Assembly (NCBI GenBank): GCA_964342695.1
Contig: CAYFFV010000009.1
Location: forward strand, 12,347-76,346
DNA length: 64,000 bases
Direction: 5' to 3'
From: an uncultured Vicinamibacteraceae bacterium
GTDB taxonomy: Bacteria; Acidobacteriota; Vicinamibacteria; Vicinamibacterales; UBA8438
Shown here one piece after another: positions 1-8,123 of the stretch (position 1 is its first letter; each line of letters starts with the position of its first letter). Made by a program: the position numbers and the translations under genes. The notes beneath the pieces are model-generated. The model was not told the DNA's origin. It was given only the letters and a program-made list of their open reading frames with translations, and did no database searches.

Positions 1-323
1 ATCTTGGTCGGCTTTTGCAATACCTTCCATGGTTGTTCTATCAAATCATCCGGGCGAATTTTCACGTCGCCTACTTAGTGCTCCGGCCACAGAAGATTCA
101 TCCTCAGATCGTTCGCTTACGCACCAGCCTAACCAGCGACGTTGCCATAACGGTCCTTGGTAATTCAATTACCTTGACACCGGGAACTATCACCATGGAC
201 ATCGATCGCGACGAATTAATCGTACACGCCTTAAGCGACAAAGTTGCTAACGATCTTCTTGCGGGCCACCTGGAACGCCGCGTAGCACATGTGTTCACAG
301 TGTCAGGAGGAGATCCTTCATGA
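1..323 (+). CDS. mrpE: Mrp/Mnh cation:proton antiporter subunit E (C-terminal part; 5' end off-window)
   Basis: The translation carries the MnhE-family core (LGNSITLTPGTITMDID). The frame stays open back to nt 3, so the listed TTG at 15 is not the true start. The stop overlaps the next start (ATGA at 320-323). Confidence 0.8.
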   Translation, partial: LGRLLQYLPWLFYQIIRANFHVAYLVLRPQKIHPQIVRLRTSLTSDVAITVLGNSITLTPGTITMDIDRDELIVHALSDKVANDLLAGHLERRVAHVFTVSGGDPS

Positions 324-604
324 CCCTATTTTTCCTCAGTGCGGCATTGTGTATCTTGGCCTCTGTGTTCCTTGCGTTATACCGCGTCATCCGAGGACCG
401 GTGGTCATCGACCGCATTGTGGGCTTGAATGTGATTGGGACCAAGACGATCGCGGTTATTTTACTGACTGGGTGTTTATTTGAACGTGTAGAGTTTTTTA
501 TTGATATCGCGTTTATGTACGCGTTGATCAACTTTATCGGAGTGCTCGCGTTCTCTAAATATTTTGAACAAAAGGGTCTGAACACACAGAGGCGTCAAAC
601 ATGA
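320..604 (+). CDS. mrpF: Mrp/Mnh antiporter subunit F
   Basis: A 94-aa three-helix membrane protein with the MrpF/PhaF-like segment LALYRVIRGPVVIDRIVGLNVIGTKTIAVILL. ATGA overlaps on both sides indicate translational coupling. Confidence 0.85.
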   Translation: MTLFFLSAALCILASVFLALYRVIRGPVVIDRIVGLNVIGTKTIAVILLTGCLFERVEFFIDIAFMYALINFIGVLAFSKYFEQKGLNTQRRQT

Positions 605-903
605 CGATCGTCTCGATTATCTGCATCACGTGTGGCGTGTTTTTCTTAGGGTTAGGTGCTGTGGGGCTGCTCCGCTTTCCTGATTTTTATACGCGTATGC
701 ACGCAGCAGGGAAGTGCGACACACTCGGCATTCTGCTGGTGTTGGTAGGACTCGCCATTTTAGAAGGGCCAACCCTCACGGGCGTTAAGATTATATTGAT
801 CGGCGTGTTTCTTTTTCTTACCAGTCCAACAGCTACCCACGCGATTGCAAAAGCGGCTTTGTCAAATGACGTGCAGTCGCAGGAAGACAACACCAGTTTA
901 TGA
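601..903 (+). CDS. mrpG: Mrp/Mnh antiporter subunit G
   Basis: LGAVGLLRFPDFYTRMHAAGKCDTLG is the characteristic MnhG/PhaG motif. ATGA overlap with the next ORF. Confidence 0.85.
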   Translation: MTIVSIICITCGVFFLGLGAVGLLRFPDFYTRMHAAGKCDTLGILLVLVGLAILEGPTLTGVKIILIGVFLFLTSPTATHAIAKAALSNDVQSQEDNTSL

Positions 904-1145
904 TTTGGCAAATTGATATCGTCCTACTTGGGTTGACCGTCATCTGTGCTCTCTGTGCCATCAACGTGAAGGATCTCTTGGCTTCCATTATCTTCCTGTC
1001 GGCGTTTAGCTTGTTTATGTGTTTGCTCTGGCTCGAAATGGGCGCGGTGGACGTCGCCTTCACCGAAGCTGCTGTTGGCGCAGGGGTTACCACCGTGTTA
1101 TTTGTCGTCACCGTGTTTAAAACAGAAAGGATGAGTCGAGATTGA
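900..1145 (+). CDS. Small membrane subunit, MbhD/DUF4040-like (corresponds to part of the MrpA C-terminal region)
   Basis: An 81-aa protein with three hydrophobic helices. The segment LWLEMGAVDVAFTEAAVGAGVTTVLF resembles the DUF4040/MbhD family that precedes MnhB-type domains. Its position between mrpG and mrpB matches Mbh-type operons. Confidence 0.6.
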   Translation: MIWQIDIVLLGLTVICALCAINVKDLLASIIFLSAFSLFMCLLWLEMGAVDVAFTEAAVGAGVTTVLFVVTVFKTERMSRD

Positions 1146-1420
1146 GGTATCTACATCTCATTATGACCGGACTGACTGGGCTGCTGTTGGTGTACGGATC
1201 GTTAGACATGCCCGCCATCGGTGACGGGATGTCACCTGCAAGTACTCGAGTCTCTCCACGGTACATCGAAGATGGTTTCGCAGAAACGGCAGTACCGAAT
1301 ATGGTGACCGCAGTCCTTGCTGATTATCGTGCGTTCGACACTTTAGGCGAAGTAACCGTCGTGTTTACCGCTGCAATAGCGGCGTTACTGATTCTCTCCG
1401 GGAGAACCACCAAAGGATAA
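1142..1420 (+). CDS. Small membrane subunit, MbhE/MnhB-related
   Basis: NMVTAVLADYRAFDTLGEVTVVFTAA is the motif found at the start of MnhB-type domains. It has a TTG start overlapping the upstream stop. Confidence 0.6.
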   Translation: MRYLHLIMTGLTGLLLVYGSLDMPAIGDGMSPASTRVSPRYIEDGFAETAVPNMVTAVLADYRAFDTLGEVTVVFTAAIAALLILSGRTTKG

Positions 1421-1423
1421 CCC

Positions 1424-1840
1424 ATGCTGACAGAGCCACAGAGTGCCATCGTTACGTGTGTGGTGAGAACGCTAGTTCCGTTTGTTCAGCTCTTTGGTTT
1501 ATACGTCATCGTGCACGGTCACACCAGTCCCGGTGGCGGTTTTCAAGGGGGAGTAATTCTTGCGGCAAGTGCGATCTTATTGTCGCTTGCTTTTGGCGCC
1601 CGTGATCTTCAACGTCGCTTTTCGGTGATGGCACTAACGTCTTTCACGAGTGCAGGGGTCTTGCTGTACGCAGGGATTGGCGTCGTATGTCTCCTGCTCG
1701 GTGCAAATTTTCTCGATTACGGCATTCTTCCGGGAGCTGAGCCGAGGAGTCTTGGCATGCTTGGTATTGAGATCGGAGTCGGCATCACAGTGACCGCAGC
1801 CCTGATTCTCATTTTCTACGAGATCCTTACTTTCGAGTAA
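1424..1840 (+). CDS. mrpB: Mrp/Mnh antiporter subunit B
   Basis: HGHTSPGGGFQGGVILAAS is the hallmark of the MnhB domain. The protein is a 138-aa polytopic membrane protein. Confidence 0.8.
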   Translation: MLTEPQSAIVTCVVRTLVPFVQLFGLYVIVHGHTSPGGGFQGGVILAASAILLSLAFGARDLQRRFSVMALTSFTSAGVLLYAGIGVVCLLLGANFLDYGILPGAEPRSLGMLGIEIGVGITVTAALILIFYEILTFE

Positions 1841-1847
1841 AAATAAC

Positions 1848-2252
1848 ATGATTGATTTTGTTATCGGCCATTTCAATGTCGTCACCTACGTTGTGCTGAT
1901 GATGATTGGGTTTTATGCAATGACAGGAAAAGCCAACCTCATCAAGAAACTTGTGGGGATGAATATTTTTCAATGGTCCATCATCTTGTTTTTTGTCTCT
2001 CTAAGTGCGAAGCGCGGAGCGACGATTCCAATTGTCTTACAGGACTCTCAGACGCTGGACCATGCGAGAGAACCGGTGATTACAGCAGCGCAATATGCAA
2101 ACCCTCTTCCACATGTGCTCATGCTCACAGCGATTGTCGTGGGGGTCGCAACAACTGGAGTCGCGCTGACCCTATTACTTAGAATTTTTAAACGTTACGG
2201 GACCCTCGAAGAAGATGTTTTAGTGAAAAAAATTCGGTCAACACCTCGATGA
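1848..2252 (+). CDS. mrpC: Mrp/Mnh antiporter subunit C (NuoK-like)
   Basis: 134 aa with three TM helices of NuoK/MnhC type (NLIKKLVGMNIFQWSIILFFV). It sits directly before the MrpD-like gene with an ATGA overlap. Confidence 0.75.
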   Translation: MIDFVIGHFNVVTYVVLMMIGFYAMTGKANLIKKLVGMNIFQWSIILFFVSLSAKRGATIPIVLQDSQTLDHAREPVITAAQYANPLPHVLMLTAIVVGVATTGVALTLLLRIFKRYGTLEEDVLVKKIRSTPR

Positions 2253-3748
2253 ATATCCATCAATCCGCCTTACCAGTCCTCATCGTTGCAGCACCTTTGT
2301 TGCTAGCCTTCATCCTACCTGTACTTGGACGATGGAGAGCTTCATGGGCTTTTTCAATCACGATTCTCGCGCTTGGTCTTTCTTTTTTGGGATCGGTCGC
2401 GGTCACTAACATCGTACTCACAGTAGGCCCAGTGCAGTATTTCATGGGCGGATGGATGCCCCCTTGGGGTATTGAGTTCCGGATCGACACCCTAGGAGCC
2501 CTGATGTTGCTGCTCCTGAGTTTTATTTGTCTACTAGTAGCGGTCTTTGCAAAACAAAGTATTCTGAAAGAAGCTCCTGATCGAGAACCTACTTTCTATA
2601 GTGTCTTTTTGTTACTTGTCTCTGGTTTAACTGGTATCGTTGCGACAGCGGACATGTTCAACATGTACGTTTTCCTCGAAATTTCCTCGTTAACAAGCTA
2701 TGCGCTGGTAGCACTGGGGGGCGGTGCCGCCGTCGTATCTGCATTTCGTTACGTCATTCTAGGTACAGTCGGTGCGGCCTTTTATCTTCTCGCCGTCGGC
2801 TATTTATACAGTGTCACTGGTTCACTGAACATGGCTGATCTGACGCTGATCTTACCTGACGTCTATCACCTAAACGCTGTACGTGTGGGTTTCGCATTTT
2901 TAGTAATAGGATTGGCAATCAAAATGGCGCTCTTTCCAATGCACGCGTGGCTACCCGGGGCCTATTCAGATGCCCCGTCGAGCGTAAGTGCACTAATTGC
3001 TGCAACCACGACAAAAGTCGCTGCTTACGCGTTGATTCGTATGATGTTTTTTGTCTTCGAGCCAAATTTTTCCATCGAGTTGCTCCCGGTCACAACGCTC
3101 CTCAGTTGGATGGGAGCCATCGCCATGGTTCTCGGTTCAGTCATGGCCCTCGCCCAATCCGATTTGAAGCGCATGCTGGCGTATTCGTCGGTCGCGCAAA
3201 TTGGGTATATCGTCCTCGGTATAGGCCTCGCGAATACCAATGGATTTACGGGAGGGGTGCTGCACTTAGTAAATCATGCGTTTATGAAAGGTTGTCTTTT
3301 TTTGGTGGCTGGTGCCATTGTCTTTCGAACCGGCCGCCGTCATATTCGGGAACTTAGGAATCTTTCGCACGCAATGCCATGGACCGCCGCAGCCTTCACC
3401 GTCGCGGCCTTTTCAATGATTGGCATCCCTCCATTAGGTGGTTTCTTCAGCAAGTTATATCTAATCCTTGGAGCAATCGATTCTAGACAATGGATCTTCG
3501 TGGCGGTGATTCTTTTGAGTAGCGTTCTGGCCCTAATGTATTTTGTGAATGTCATTAGATTCATGTACTTCCCTGATAGCGATGGTTCCGACCGAACTGT
3601 GCCACTGGAAACGCAACAAGAGGCACCCCTCTCAATGCTTGTGCCAATCGTAACGTTAGCAGTGGGCGTGATCCTTCTCGGTGTATTCAATGGGAATATC
3701 GTTTCTCATTTCATTACCGCTTCGATGCCAACAGGTTTTATCAGGTGA
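2249..3748 (+). CDS. mrpD: Mrp/Mnh antiporter subunit D (NuoM/NuoN-type proton-conducting subunit)
   Basis: A 499-aa polytopic protein with the Proton_antipo_M core (FPMHAWLPGAYSDAPSSVSALIAATTTKVAAY; SSVAQIGYIVLGIG; HLVNHAFMKGCLFL). Confidence 0.85.
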   Translation: MNIHQSALPVLIVAAPLLLAFILPVLGRWRASWAFSITILALGLSFLGSVAVTNIVLTVGPVQYFMGGWMPPWGIEFRIDTLGALMLLLLSFICLLVAVFAKQSILKEAPDREPTFYSVFLLLVSGLTGIVATADMFNMYVFLEISSLTSYALVALGGGAAVVSAFRYVILGTVGAAFYLLAVGYLYSVTGSLNMADLTLILPDVYHLNAVRVGFAFLVIGLAIKMALFPMHAWLPGAYSDAPSSVSALIAATTTKVAAYALIRMMFFVFEPNFSIELLPVTTLLSWMGAIAMVLGSVMALAQSDLKRMLAYSSVAQIGYIVLGIGLANTNGFTGGVLHLVNHAFMKGCLFLVAGAIVFRTGRRHIRELRNLSHAMPWTAAAFTVAAFSMIGIPPLGGFFSKLYLILGAIDSRQWIFVAVILLSSVLALMYFVNVIRFMYFPDSDGSDRTVPLETQQEAPLSMLVPIVTLAVGVILLGVFNGNIVSHFITASMPTGFIR

Positions 3749-5786
3749 TGATATCGTGATTGTATACGCCGCTTGGACCTGTATCGTGGCACCACTAATA
3801 GGGACGTGCATTACGCCTCTCTTGGCTCGGCAATCGCTGCAGTCTGCCCGTCTTGGTGCGGTGAGCTTCTCCTGCATTGCTGCGCTTGCAGCCCTCTGTT
3901 TACTTCCAAGTTTAACGGACGGACAGATGCTCCCTCTGCAAAGCGAAATCGAGTGGCTAGACTATCCAATTGATCTTGGGTTTGGACTCTTGATCGATCC
4001 CTTGAGCATTGTATTAACCAATGTGGTCGCCGTCGTCAGTTTCATCATCATGGTCTACTGCTTGGGATACATGGGTAGCAACTCCAACCAAGTGCGTTTT
4101 TGGATGTGGATGAATGGCTTCATAACAAGCATGTTGCTGCTCGTGCTCTCCAACAACCTGTTATTCATGTTCGTTGGATGGAAGTTGGTCGGCGTCTGTA
4201 GCTACGGCTTGATTGGCTATTATTATCAAGACCAACGGTCGTACTGGATAGGCGGACCCTCACCCACGCACTTTGTTACCCCATCACAGGCAAGCCTGAA
4301 AGCACTCGTAGTCACAGGTGTTGGGGACATGTTTATGTTGGGTGGCATTCTTATCTTGTACTTCTATGCTGGCACTCTTAATTTCGTCGAGCTTTACGCT
4401 ACCGCCCCAGAGTGGTTAGCTGTAATGGCCGAACGTTCTGGCATGATTCTCCTTGTGAGCGTGCTACTACTCGCGGGACCCATTGGAAAATCAGCACAAT
4501 TTCCGTTACACGAATGGCTGCCTGAAGCAATGGCAGGACCAGGACCCGTATCAGCACTGATTCATGCGGCCACGATGGTCAAGAGCGGCATTTATTTTGT
4601 CGCACGATTGGTGCCCCTATTTTACATGGGGCGTTGGGTTGTCGGTATAGAGGAGGCCAGCTGGTTTTTTCAGATCGCGGCCTGGGTAGGGGGGTTCACG
4701 GCTCTTCTAGCCGCAACGCAAGGCATAGTAGCCGTAGAGCTTAAGAAAATCCTCGCGTATTCTACGGTAAGCCAAATTGGTTACATGATGATGGCCCTCG
4801 GAGTAGCCGGCCTGGGACCAGGACTGCTGATCGATGGATATACTTCCGGCATATTTCACCTTGTGAGCCACGCACTGTTTAAGGCGTGTCTTTTTCTCTG
4901 CGCCGGAACAGTGATTCACGCAGTGCACGCTATCTATATCCATGACATGGGATCACTGAAGCGATGGTTACCGCTGACCTGGCTATTGACACTCGTTTCC
5001 TCCTTGTCTCTCATGGGACTCCCTCCATTTCCCGGGTTTTGGAGTAAAGATGCCGTTTTACTTGTCACATTAGAAGCAAATCGGCCCCTCTTTATGCTTG
5101 CGTTAACTACTGTCGGTCTTACAGCGTTGTATACCGTTCGTCTCTTAGCCACCGTGTTCTACGGTCATCCAAGCCAATCCGTAAAGAAAGTGTTAGCACC
5201 CCAAAACACGAGAACCGACGGGACCCTTTCTATGCGAGTAGCTGTCATCTTCCTCGGCATATTGATTGTTGTCGCAGGTTTGGGCGGACCGCTCTTAGAA
5301 ACAACACTGCATACTAGTTTTGAAGCAAACAATTTAGGTTTTGCATTATCTCAAACAGCAGAATCCTACAATGCGGATAAGTCCCATGTGCTCGTCTCCG
5401 TTCTAGCGCTTCTATTTCTCTTGGCTGGTGGTATTCCTGGCTATTATTTTTATAATCACACACGGTCTTCTCTAGATACTCTCTTTAAACAATCACCCGC
5501 TCTTGTCGCTACCCACCGCTTTCTGTGGAACAGGTGGTGGATTGACAGGTTCTACACGGTCGTCTTTGTTGATGGCACAACACGGATCGCTGCATGGATT
5601 ACACGCAGTCTTGAAAGTCGTTGGAATAACTGGGTTCACGACCAAATGCCACGGGCATTTACAGAAAATGCTGAACGGTTAATTCGTCGTCTCCGAACCG
5701 ATACTGAAGAGTTGTTGTATAACGTATCGTACGTCCTAGTGTTATTTTTGTTAATGCTGATCATGTTTATTTTTCGACCTGTGTGA
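3681..5786 (+). CDS. NuoL/MrpA-type large antiporter-like subunit with a C-terminal lateral-helix region
   Basis: NuoL-type N-terminal and core motifs are present (FMFVGWKLVGVCSYGLIGYYY; QFPLHEWLPEAMAGPGPVSALIHAATMVKSG; STVSQIGYMMMALG), plus the C-terminal WNRWWIDRFY segment typical of the NuoL/MrpA extension. The true start is probably GTG 3756, just after the upstream stop at 3748, giving VIVYAAWTCIVAPLIG. Confidence 0.8.
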   Translation: MYSMGISFLISLPLRCQQVLSGDDIVIVYAAWTCIVAPLIGTCITPLLARQSLQSARLGAVSFSCIAALAALCLLPSLTDGQMLPLQSEIEWLDYPIDLGFGLLIDPLSIVLTNVVAVVSFIIMVYCLGYMGSNSNQVRFWMWMNGFITSMLLLVLSNNLLFMFVGWKLVGVCSYGLIGYYYQDQRSYWIGGPSPTHFVTPSQASLKALVVTGVGDMFMLGGILILYFYAGTLNFVELYATAPEWLAVMAERSGMILLVSVLLLAGPIGKSAQFPLHEWLPEAMAGPGPVSALIHAATMVKSGIYFVARLVPLFYMGRWVVGIEEASWFFQIAAWVGGFTALLAATQGIVAVELKKILAYSTVSQIGYMMMALGVAGLGPGLLIDGYTSGIFHLVSHALFKACLFLCAGTVIHAVHAIYIHDMGSLKRWLPLTWLLTLVSSLSLMGLPPFPGFWSKDAVLLVTLEANRPLFMLALTTVGLTALYTVRLLATVFYGHPSQSVKKVLAPQNTRTDGTLSMRVAVIFLGILIVVAGLGGPLLETTLHTSFEANNLGFALSQTAESYNADKSHVLVSVLALLFLLAGGIPGYYFYNHTRSSLDTLFKQSPALVATHRFLWNRWWIDRFYTVVFVDGTTRIAAWITRSLESRWNNWVHDQMPRAFTENAERLIRRLRTDTEELLYNVSYVLVLFLLMLIMFIFRPV

Positions 5787-5794
5787 GTTGATTC

Positions 5795-7297
5795 ATGCCA
5801 TTTGTACTATTGCAAATTCTCGTAATACCGCTACTCGCGACCCTAGTGATTTTTCTGGGACGTAAATCATGGGGATACGCTGCCGGATGGGTAGTTGCTC
5901 TCGCGATGTCATATACAACCATCTTAGTCTTGTCCGTTGGTTTCACGGTGCATCGTGGTGAGCCCTTGTCAGAAACCTATCTACTGATTGAACCAGGTAT
6001 CCATCTCGGTCTGTTGGCCGATGGCCTCAGTGTTCCCACACTGGCTATCGTGTGTTTTTTATCTGCGGTGTTGGCCTTTTACTCCATCCACTATATTGCT
6101 CATCGGGTCGAGGTGCTCTACGCACAGGAATCAGCAGATGTCCGTCGCAGTTATTACGTGCGATTTTTTTACCTCTTTCCCCTCTTTCCTGTTGGTTTTA
6201 TTGGAACGATTTTAAGCACTAACCTAGTGTCAATCTATTTCTTTCTTGAGGTCCTGACACTCACCTTATTTTTTTTAATGGCATCCTTCGGCTATCGAGA
6301 ACGCATAAAAATTGCGTTTGTCAGCCTGTCGTGGGGCATCATTGGCGCGCTCCTTTTCCTCGTAGCAGCCCTAATGGTCTACAGCCAAATCCAAACTTTA
6401 GAAATTGCTGCGTTAGGAGGATTAGTAGGCAATCCACTGGTTGTCGGCATTATTTCTGTTTTTCTGATCAGTCTGATAATGAAACTGGCCCTGTTTCCGT
6501 TTCATGTTTGGATGCCGTCAGTACACGCAGAACATCCAACGTGTATTGCCGGCTTGTTAGCGATTTATGCCAACCTGGCTTTATACATTATTATTCGCGT
6601 TCTGGTCTTACCCCTGACCACAGATTTTGAACCGTTCAGTTTACCGTTAATGTTTCTTGCGCTTATCACAATGGTCTACGGCTCGTTACTGACACTTGCC
6701 CAGACAGATATCAAACGGCTAGCCGCTTGTTCAACAATTAGTCAGATCGCCTATTCCGTGTTGGGAGTTGGGGCACTAACAGTGGCTGGACTCGAAGGTG
6801 GTATGTTTTTCTTTCTCAGTCATATCCTTGGTAAAACTCTTTTCTTTTCCACCGCTGGCATTGTTGTCTATGTCACAGGCATTCGTGACATGAGGCAGCT
6901 TGGCGGTTTAGCGCAAAAAATGCCCATTACCGCCACTTTGTGGATTGTCGGCTGCATGATGCTGTCCGGGTTCCCTCCATTCAGCAGTTTTACAGCGGAA
7001 TGGATTATGTTTACGGGTATTTTCGAGCGGGGTCTCGTGAACAGTCCCAGCGCGATTGCGTTAGGTATTGGCGGACTACTTGCTATTTTGCTTACGGTGA
7101 GCTATTCGTTCGGTGCTGCCAAGAAAATATTTTTTGGACCTCTAAACCCTGAACTGCAAGCCAATGAAACCATTCGCGATCCGGGATGGTTAATGACTGC
7201 CCCTCTTTTTGCCGTTGCGATTATCTCGATGGTTCTAGGTTTATATCCACAAATAATCATGGATTTCTTACACACCGTGTTGAACGTGCACCTATAA
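5795..7297 (+). CDS. Second MrpD/NuoM-type antiporter-like subunit
   Basis: A 500-aa polytopic protein with the Proton_antipo_M core (FPFHVWMPSVHAEHPTCIAGLLAIYANLALY; STISQIAYSVLGVG; HILGKTLFFSTAG). Confidence 0.8.
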   Translation: MPFVLLQILVIPLLATLVIFLGRKSWGYAAGWVVALAMSYTTILVLSVGFTVHRGEPLSETYLLIEPGIHLGLLADGLSVPTLAIVCFLSAVLAFYSIHYIAHRVEVLYAQESADVRRSYYVRFFYLFPLFPVGFIGTILSTNLVSIYFFLEVLTLTLFFLMASFGYRERIKIAFVSLSWGIIGALLFLVAALMVYSQIQTLEIAALGGLVGNPLVVGIISVFLISLIMKLALFPFHVWMPSVHAEHPTCIAGLLAIYANLALYIIIRVLVLPLTTDFEPFSLPLMFLALITMVYGSLLTLAQTDIKRLAACSTISQIAYSVLGVGALTVAGLEGGMFFFLSHILGKTLFFSTAGIVVYVTGIRDMRQLGGLAQKMPITATLWIVGCMMLSGFPPFSSFTAEWIMFTGIFERGLVNSPSAIALGIGGLLAILLTVSYSFGAAKKIFFGPLNPELQANETIRDPGWLMTAPLFAVAIISMVLGLYPQIIMDFLHTVLNVHL

Positions 7298-7300
7298 GAA

Positions 7301-7337
7301 AAGGCTGCCAAGTCGTGTTAGAGACCCAAGCAGCCTT
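7301..7337. terminator. Hairpin between convergent genes (possible terminator)
   Basis: AAGGCTGC (7301-7308) and GCAGCCTT (7330-7337) form a perfect 8-bp stem with a 21-nt loop. It lies between the end of the Mrp locus (+) and the end of the lipoprotein gene (-). The flanks are A/T-rich but there is no clean U-tract. Confidence 0.3.
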
Positions 7338-7368
7338 AAAAAATGCTTTTAAAAAAAGACTGGCCTGT

Positions 7369-8082
7369 TTAGCTAATGTTACTAATGACCCAGCGGCCAT
7401 CGACTAAGCCATCTGGTCCATCGAGTTCCACTTTTTCCAGCGTGATGACCATCGTTCGATCTGAGGAAGCTCCGTCGAGTTCAACAGTTGCATTAATCGT
7501 AACTTCTTTTGAAATTAAGGTGCCACCAAAATCCTGAACCGCAATTGGATTATTGGGATCAAAGGCACTAACTGAAGCAACCGCGCTTTCCGCACTCAAA
7601 GCGTTTTCTGCCTCGGATACGGAGCGTGAGTGCTCTTGTGATTCATCTCGATAAGTCGTCCACTGCTCCTGAACCTCTTGATCGCGAGAACGAACGTCTT
7701 CGTCTGCCCTTTCTGCTTCAATTACCCGGGCAATCGCATCAAGGTTCTCATCTTGATACATTTTCATTTCGCCGGCGAATTCTTGCTGGGCCTGTTGAGC
7801 TTCCCTAACGGCGCCCGCCAATTCTTGCATCCTCAGCGGTCGTCTTGCTTCCTCCGCAACGTTTTCAACATCAAACCCACTTACATTGCCATCCGTATTG
7901 ATATCAAAAGACACCATGGCGATATTTCCAAGGGTTGCGCGATCATTAACCCGGGAAGCAGTAAAAAAATTTCTTATTAAAGAGCTTTCTTCCCCTCCTC
8001 CACCACACCCGACCATTGCTATAATGATAAAAAACAGTCCAGCGGAAGTAATTGTTTTTCTTGATGATCTAGAGACTGTCAT
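7369..8082 (-). CDS. Hypothetical lipoprotein (acidic, helix-rich middle region)
   Basis: The N-terminus has a basic n-region, a hydrophobic core and a lipobox-like IAMVGC followed by GGGEES. I recognised no family. Confidence 0.55.
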   Translation of the reverse strand: MTVSRSSRKTITSAGLFFIIIAMVGCGGGGEESSLIRNFFTASRVNDRATLGNIAMVSFDINTDGNVSGFDVENVAEEARRPLRMQELAGAVREAQQAQQEFAGEMKMYQDENLDAIARVIEAERADEDVRSRDQEVQEQWTTYRDESQEHSRSVSEAENALSAESAVASVSAFDPNNPIAVQDFGGTLISKEVTINATVELDGASSDRTMVITLEKVELDGPDGLVDGRWVISNIS

Positions 8083-8123
8083 GGCTGCCTCCTAAATTAT
8101 CCAATTCATGGCTTAAACGCCAA

